From Paracoccaceae bacterium (GTDB taxonomy: Bacteria > Pseudomonadota > Alphaproteobacteria > Rhodobacterales > Rhodobacteraceae): DNA of 64,000 nt. Of the stretch, positions 59,472 to 64,000 are shown one piece after another; position 1 is the stretch's first letter; every line of letters begins with the position of its first letter. The notes beneath the pieces are model-generated. The model searched no databases. It worked only from the letters and a program-made list of their open reading frames with translations, and had not been told where the DNA came from. The stretch covers positions 33,033 to 97,032 of the forward strand of contig JAHEJA010000015.1 in assembly GCA_024639125.1 (NCBI GenBank), written 5' to 3'. Made by a program: the position numbers and the translations under genes.

Positions 59472-59499
59472 GTTGACAAAACATTGACACTTTGTCAAC
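59472..59499. promoter_or_regulatory. TTGACA-based composite repeat (GTTGACAAA-N10-TTTGTCAAC, with a third TTGACA inside) in the divergent pxpB/TRAP promoter
   Basis: 9-bp perfect inverted arms at 59472-59480 and 59491-59499. The spacer ACATTGACAC carries another TTGACA direct repeat. Confidence 0.4.
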
Positions 59500-59546
59500 G
59501 TTTCAAACATATAAACCTGAATAACATTTCGTACAAGGGAGCGATC

Positions 59547-60515
59547 ATGTTAAAATTTGCCTCAATCTTTGCGGTTGGCATGGGCCTTACTGCTATGTCT
59601 GCTACAGCTGAAACTTGGGATATGCCAACACCCTATGGTGACAGCGTCTTCCACACAATGAACATCCATGAATTTGCAAAAGACGTGGATGCCGCCACAA
59701 ATGGCGGGCTCAAGATCACAGTGCATTCTGCTGGATCCTTGTTCCCACATGGTGAAATCAAAAACGCTGTACGCTCTGGTCAAGCGCCTATGGGCGAATT
59801 CTTTCTATCGACGCTATCCAACGAAGATTTGGCTTATGGCATCGACAGCCAGCCATTGGTTGCAACATCCATCGACGATGCCGCACATTTGTGGGCAGCC
59901 CAAAAACCCGTGGTAACAGAGCTGTTGGCAAAACAAGGATTGATGCCATTGTTCTCGGTTCCATGGCCGGCTCAAGGATTATATACAAATAAAGAAATCA
60001 ACACCGTCGAAGACCTCGCTGGTTTGCGGTTCCGGTCTTACAATGCAGCACTAGAAGAATTCGCAACATTGGTTCGCGCAGCGCCAACCCAAGTCGAAGC
60101 CTCTGACATTGCGCAAGCCTTTGCAACGGGCCAAGTCGAAGCCATGATCACATCACCATCCACAGGCGTAAGCTCAACAGCTTGGGATTTTGTAAAGTTT
60201 TATACATCCATTGACGCATGGGTTCCTAAAAACATCGTCGTTGTCAACAAACGTGCTTTTGATCGCTTGTCCGCAGATGCACAACAAGCTGTCATGAATG
60301 CGGCAGCTGTTGCAGAGCAACGCGGTTGGGATATGTCGAAAGCGGAAGCTGCCGAAAAAATCCAAATCATGCAGGACAATGGCATCACAATCGTAACCCC
60401 AAGTGCAGATCTTTCTGCGGGTTTGCAAACAGTCGGAGCAGAAATGCTAGAAAACTGGAAAGCCAATGCAAGCCAAGATGCGTTGAGCGTGCTGAGCAGC
60501 TATCAACAAAAATAA
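59547..60515 (+). CDS. TRAP transporter substrate-binding protein, DctP family (second system)
   Basis: The start MLKFASIFAVGMGLTAMSATA has a signal peptide and is preceded by AAGGGAG. Confidence 0.8.
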   Translation: MLKFASIFAVGMGLTAMSATAETWDMPTPYGDSVFHTMNIHEFAKDVDAATNGGLKITVHSAGSLFPHGEIKNAVRSGQAPMGEFFLSTLSNEDLAYGIDSQPLVATSIDDAAHLWAAQKPVVTELLAKQGLMPLFSVPWPAQGLYTNKEINTVEDLAGLRFRSYNAALEEFATLVRAAPTQVEASDIAQAFATGQVEAMITSPSTGVSSTAWDFVKFYTSIDAWVPKNIVVVNKRAFDRLSADAQQAVMNAAAVAEQRGWDMSKAEAAEKIQIMQDNGITIVTPSADLSAGLQTVGAEMLENWKANASQDALSVLSSYQQK

Positions 60516-60577
60516 CCGAAAACGCGGTGTGGCCCCTGTGCAAACTTTGGGGCCATACTCATCGACTAAAGGGGTGA

Positions 60578-61105
60578 ATGATGCGGTATGTTTTGGATCG
60601 GTTATACCTATTCGCGGGCGGCTTGGCCGCTTTTAATATTTTATTGATTTGCACAATTGTGACACTACAGGTTTGCTTGAACATTCTGGCGCGCGTAGGG
60701 GGCGTTGAATGGTCATATACATTGCCGTCCTACGCAGATTTCGCAGGGTATTGCCTTGCTTCGGCAAGCTTTCTTGCTCTGGCACATACGCTGAAATCGG
60801 GCGTGCATATTCGTGTCAATCTAATGGTGCAAACAATGGGGCATCGGGTCAAATGGGTTATGGAAATGCTCACTTTGGCGGTTGGTGCAGCCACAAGCGG
60901 CTATGCGTTTTGGTATTGTGTCCGGCTTACGCAAGAAAGTGCGCATTACGGAGACACCTCGACTGGTATCGTCGCAATTCCGCTCTGGATACCACAATCT
61001 GTGATGTCCCTTGGGCTAGGCGTTTTGACCATTGCGTTTGTGGATTTGTGTCTTTCTTCTGCCATGGCGCGACACTCAATTCTTTCTGATGAAGGAACCG
61101 AATGA
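60578..61105 (+). CDS. TRAP small permease, DctQ family (second system)
   Basis: 175 aa with 4 TMS. Preceded by AAAGGGG. Confidence 0.8.
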   Translation: MMRYVLDRLYLFAGGLAAFNILLICTIVTLQVCLNILARVGGVEWSYTLPSYADFAGYCLASASFLALAHTLKSGVHIRVNLMVQTMGHRVKWVMEMLTLAVGAATSGYAFWYCVRLTQESAHYGDTSTGIVAIPLWIPQSVMSLGLGVLTIAFVDLCLSSAMARHSILSDEGTE

Positions 61106-62406
61106 TTATGTCAGATCCTATCATCTTTTCCATACTATTTATCGTGCTGGTTGGCCTATTGACTTCTGGTGTTTGGGTTGCTCTCTCGCTTATTTTGATG
61201 GGCATGACGGCGCTTATGTTATTCTCGAACGCCCCTGTTGGATTGGTCCTTGCGACGACGCTTTGGGGTCATAGCCACAGCTGGCCTTTGGCCGCGCTTC
61301 CTTTGTTTATCTTGATGGGGGAAATCCTTTTGCGATCCCGACTAAGCCAAGATATGTTCAGCGGCCTTGCGCCCTGGCTTGGCGGGATACCCGGACGGTT
61401 GTTGCATGTTAATGTTCTGGGGTGTGCAATTTTTGCCGCAGTGTCAGGATCATCGGCAGCAACAGCAGCCACAATCGGGCGCATGTCCGTTCCAGAGCTA
61501 CTTAAGCGCGGATATCCACGCGACTTAGTGCTTGGCACTTTGGCGGGCTCTGCCACCTTGGGACTACTTATTCCACCGTCAATTATCCTGATTGTGTACG
61601 GCGTTAGCACCGAACAATCCATTGCCCGACTGTTCATTGCAGGCATTCTACCGGGTGTCATGTTGGTCGGTCTGTTTGCTGGCTATGTTGCTCTGCGCGC
61701 GACATTGAATCCCGCCCTTATTCCAGCCGAAGACACACAGGCCAGTTGGTCCGAAAGGTTCCATGCGGCACGACGGTTGATCCCTGTGATCTTGTTGATC
61801 GTCGGTGTTATGGGAACCATCTATACTGGCGTGGCGTCACCCACAGATGCGGCTGCGATTGGCGTCGTTTTGGCGACCATTTTGGCCAAGCTCACCGATA
61901 GTTTTACGCTAAAAGATTTCATAAGCGCCCTTATGGCTGCTACAAAGACCAGCTCGATGATTGCATTTATCCTTCTCGGCGCTGCTTTCTTGTCGGTGGC
62001 AATGGCCTATATCGGGCTGCCACGAAATTTGGCAGCTTGGATCGGAACCTTTGACTTGTCACCCTATGCGTTACTTGCCGTCCTTACGGTTTTCTTCATC
62101 GTCTTGGGGTGCTTTCTGGATGGAATATCCGTGGTGGTTCTAACAACATCAATCATCCTTCCTATGGTTCAAGCGGTTGGCATTGACCCTCTTTGGTTCG
62201 GTATTTATCTGGTTTTGGTTGTGGAAATGAGCCAAATCACACCGCCCGTCGGGTTCAACCTTTTTGTTATCCAAGGGTTAACAGGCATCAACATTCTAAC
62301 GATCGCACGCGCGGCAGCACCGTTTTTTGGGCTCCTGCTTCTTGGTACCCTGCTCATAACAGTGTTTCCAGACATCGTTACCTTTTTGCCAAATGCAATG
62401 AACTAA
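61102..62406 (+). CDS. TRAP large permease, DctM family (second system)
   Basis: 434 aa with ~12 TMS. ATGA overlap with dctQ. Confidence 0.85.
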   Translation: MIMSDPIIFSILFIVLVGLLTSGVWVALSLILMGMTALMLFSNAPVGLVLATTLWGHSHSWPLAALPLFILMGEILLRSRLSQDMFSGLAPWLGGIPGRLLHVNVLGCAIFAAVSGSSAATAATIGRMSVPELLKRGYPRDLVLGTLAGSATLGLLIPPSIILIVYGVSTEQSIARLFIAGILPGVMLVGLFAGYVALRATLNPALIPAEDTQASWSERFHAARRLIPVILLIVGVMGTIYTGVASPTDAAAIGVVLATILAKLTDSFTLKDFISALMAATKTSSMIAFILLGAAFLSVAMAYIGLPRNLAAWIGTFDLSPYALLAVLTVFFIVLGCFLDGISVVVLTTSIILPMVQAVGIDPLWFGIYLVLVVEMSQITPPVGFNLFVIQGLTGINILTIARAAAPFFGLLLLGTLLITVFPDIVTFLPNAMN

Positions 62407-62915
62407 AGCGATGACACGGCGCGGCTGGCTTGGTCATATTGGCCAGACAAGCCGCGCAAAAGCTGCGCAACGTCGCGCAATTCCTGGCCCTGAAATCCCA
62501 TTTTCCCCAAGCCTTCCAACAAAAATTGCTGGCGGATTTCCCGGTATTTTTCGCATAATTCGCGCCCTTGGGCCGTCGTTTGATAAAACACTTCTTTGCC
62601 ACGTTTATCTGACTGAATCAGCTCAAGCTTGAGCAATTTACGCAATGCGTAATTCACTGTGTGTGAATCTTCGATGTTGAGCAGGAAACAGACATCGGAA
62701 AGCCGCTTTTCCGAATTGCGGCTGTTCGTGTTATGCAGCACCAAAATTTCCAACGACGTCAATTCACGTAAACCAGCCGCAGCCATGCATCGCTGAATCC
62801 AACGGTTGAACCCGTTGTAAGCGATGATCATGCCAAATTCCAATTCAGACAATTCCCAGTTTTCGCCGTCGGCCAAATGACGTGATGAAACGATACGGCG
62901 GTTTGACTCTGACAT
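62403..62915 (-). CDS. Winged-helix (MarR-like) transcriptional regulator
   Basis: Central wHTH-like segment (LTSLEILVLHNTNSRNSEKRLSDVCFLLNIEDSHTVNYALRKLLKLELIQ). Family assignment is loose. Convergent 4-nt overlap with the dctM stop. Confidence 0.55.
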   Translation of the reverse strand: MSESNRRIVSSRHLADGENWELSELEFGMIIAYNGFNRWIQRCMAAAGLRELTSLEILVLHNTNSRNSEKRLSDVCFLLNIEDSHTVNYALRKLLKLELIQSDKRGKEVFYQTTAQGRELCEKYREIRQQFLLEGLGKMGFQGQELRDVAQLLRGLSGQYDQASRAVSSL

Positions 62916-62992
62916 CGGGGTGTTCCTTTTTGTTTATTCACTTGCACCTTACCATCAGCACGCTGACAAATTACAGAGGATTTAGCGATCAG

Positions 62993-63088
62993 ATGACGGC
63001 AAATTTACATGTCACAAAAATTCCTTTGCAAGCCAGCTGTGTCTACGTCACACTAAGTGTAATTTTTTAAAGTTATCGTTGCCGTCAT
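62993..63088. repeat. Perfect 10-bp inverted repeat ATGACGGCAA / TTGCCGTCAT flanking an 76-bp AT-rich spacer
   Basis: Arms at 62993-63002 and 63079-63088, in the divergent promoter region between the MarR-like gene and the CXXCH protein gene. Confidence 0.3.
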
Positions 63089-63108
63089 TTTCATAGGGAA
63101 TTGCCCAA

Positions 63109-64000
63109 ATGTTATTAAGAAAGTCTATGTGCGTTCTGGGTATGTCTGCTTTGGCTTTAACTGCTAAAATTGGGAACGCAGACATCATGTCCCGTGTTTG
63201 GCTTGATCAAGGATGGTCAAAACGCGATGCGCAAACCTGGTACACGCTCAGCCAAGGATCGCGGCTTATTCCAGAGAATTGGATTACCAACCTTGCGTCT
63301 GGACAGGATAACACCGCCTTTTCAGATCGCCCCTTTTTTCAAAAATTTGGCTTCCCTTATTCTGACGATACTGCCAGTTGGCCAATTGGGTTTGTCATGG
63401 ACTATGATGACGCGGGCCAAAGTTACCTTGGGCTAAATTGTGCCGCGTGTCATACCTCTCAACTCAAGTTTCAAGATACCGAAATCCTTGCGCATGGGGG
63501 TCAAAACTTTGGAGATTTGCGCCAACTGATCGAAGAGCTGACAATGGCGGTAAAAACCACACTGTTGGATGACATGGCCTTTCAACAGTTTCAGACCAAA
63601 GTGGGCCAAGATGCGGATCACCTGAAAACAGAGATGCAACTGTGGCTAGATGAACGGCACGCCATTGATCGCACACTAGAGGGCACTCAGGATTGGTTGC
63701 CCGGTAGCGCCGATGCTGTGTCTTTTATCTTTGCCGCCACGACCAAAGGGGTTTCAGCCGATCTAAATTTTAGCGTCACTCCCGGCAATGCCCCAGTGAA
63801 TTTTCCGCCGGCTTGGAACGCCAACCAGCAAGCGCGGCTGCAACACAGTGGATTGGTGTCTAACGGGGTCAATTATAGCATCTTGGGCAATGCCAAAGAT
63901 GGGGCATTGGTGCGTAATATTTCCGAAGTATATGGGGTATTTGCCGATCTGAGTGTGGATAGATCAGGCAAAGTAAGGTCGTCTGTTAACCTTGGGAATT
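63109..64000 (+). CDS. Secreted heme-binding (CXXCH) protein, N-terminal ~297 aa; runs off the right edge
   Basis: ATG at 63109, signal peptide MLLRKSMCVLGMSALALTAKIGNA, a single c-type heme motif GLNCAACHTSQ, and no stop before the window end. Confidence 0.55.
   Translation, partial: MLLRKSMCVLGMSALALTAKIGNADIMSRVWLDQGWSKRDAQTWYTLSQGSRLIPENWITNLASGQDNTAFSDRPFFQKFGFPYSDDTASWPIGFVMDYDDAGQSYLGLNCAACHTSQLKFQDTEILAHGGQNFGDLRQLIEELTMAVKTTLLDDMAFQQFQTKVGQDADHLKTEMQLWLDERHAIDRTLEGTQDWLPGSADAVSFIFAATTKGVSADLNFSVTPGNAPVNFPPAWNANQQARLQHSGLVSNGVNYSILGNAKDGALVRNISEVYGVFADLSVDRSGKVRSSVNLGN

Noticed and set aside
1-64000. Searched for CRISPR arrays, rRNA or tRNA genes, transposases or integrases, and phage structural genes.
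   Set aside because: No direct-repeat/spacer arrays, no cloverleaf-like tRNA candidates in the larger intergenic gaps, and no transposase- or integrase-like ORFs were seen. None is reported.

Overview
This is a chromosomal segment with alphaproteobacterial, Rhodobacterales-like gene content. That assignment is an inference from the genes present: an smoEFGK-polS-mtlK polyol operon, a Mic60/HemX-like gene between hemD and hemY, an FeS-BCP (CryB/PhrB-type) photolyase, and many TRAP transporters. Housekeeping genes (aspS, carB, tsaD, gpsA, galU, hemD) are interleaved with accessory blocks.

The accessory blocks are:
- **LPS/sialic-acid operon (6.5-12.9 kb):** a compact six-gene minus-strand operon, lpxL-like, neuB, neuC, two tandem WaaA/KdtA (GT30) paralogs and a neuA-like gene. 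It fuses sialic-acid (nonulosonate) biosynthesis with lipid A-core enzymes and contains no recognisable classical sialyltransferase.
- **Polyol ABC operon:** sorbitol/mannitol uptake and oxidation, with a LacI-family regulator and palindromic operator candidates.
- **Heme and Mic60 region:** hemY-like, alpha-Mic60/HemX-like and hemD on the minus strand, adjacent to divergent tsaD-gpsA-yciI-EVE.
- **Photolyase island:** three cryptochrome/photolyase-family genes plus an unlisted 44-codon DUF2256 ORF, translationally coupled. One member appears to have the photolyase domain order reversed.
- **Sugar-acid regulon:** lactonase, IlvD/EDD dehydratase, XylX-like FAH, KdgK, SDRs and a second FAH hydrolase, with two UxuR/ExuR-type TTGGTATACCAA operators and a GntR regulator.
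- **Amidohydrolase/TRAP region:** an amidohydrolase-CobW (COG0523) pair, two TRAP transporters, a D-aminoacylase, and pxpBC without pxpA.
- **Window edges:** the left edge holds a LuxR-type regulator with an atypical N-terminal HTH next to a truncated GNAT-like gene. The right edge holds a truncated secreted CXXCH heme protein.

No rRNA, tRNA, CRISPR array, transposase or integrase was recognised. Many long antisense ORFs in the six-frame track are treated as spurious.
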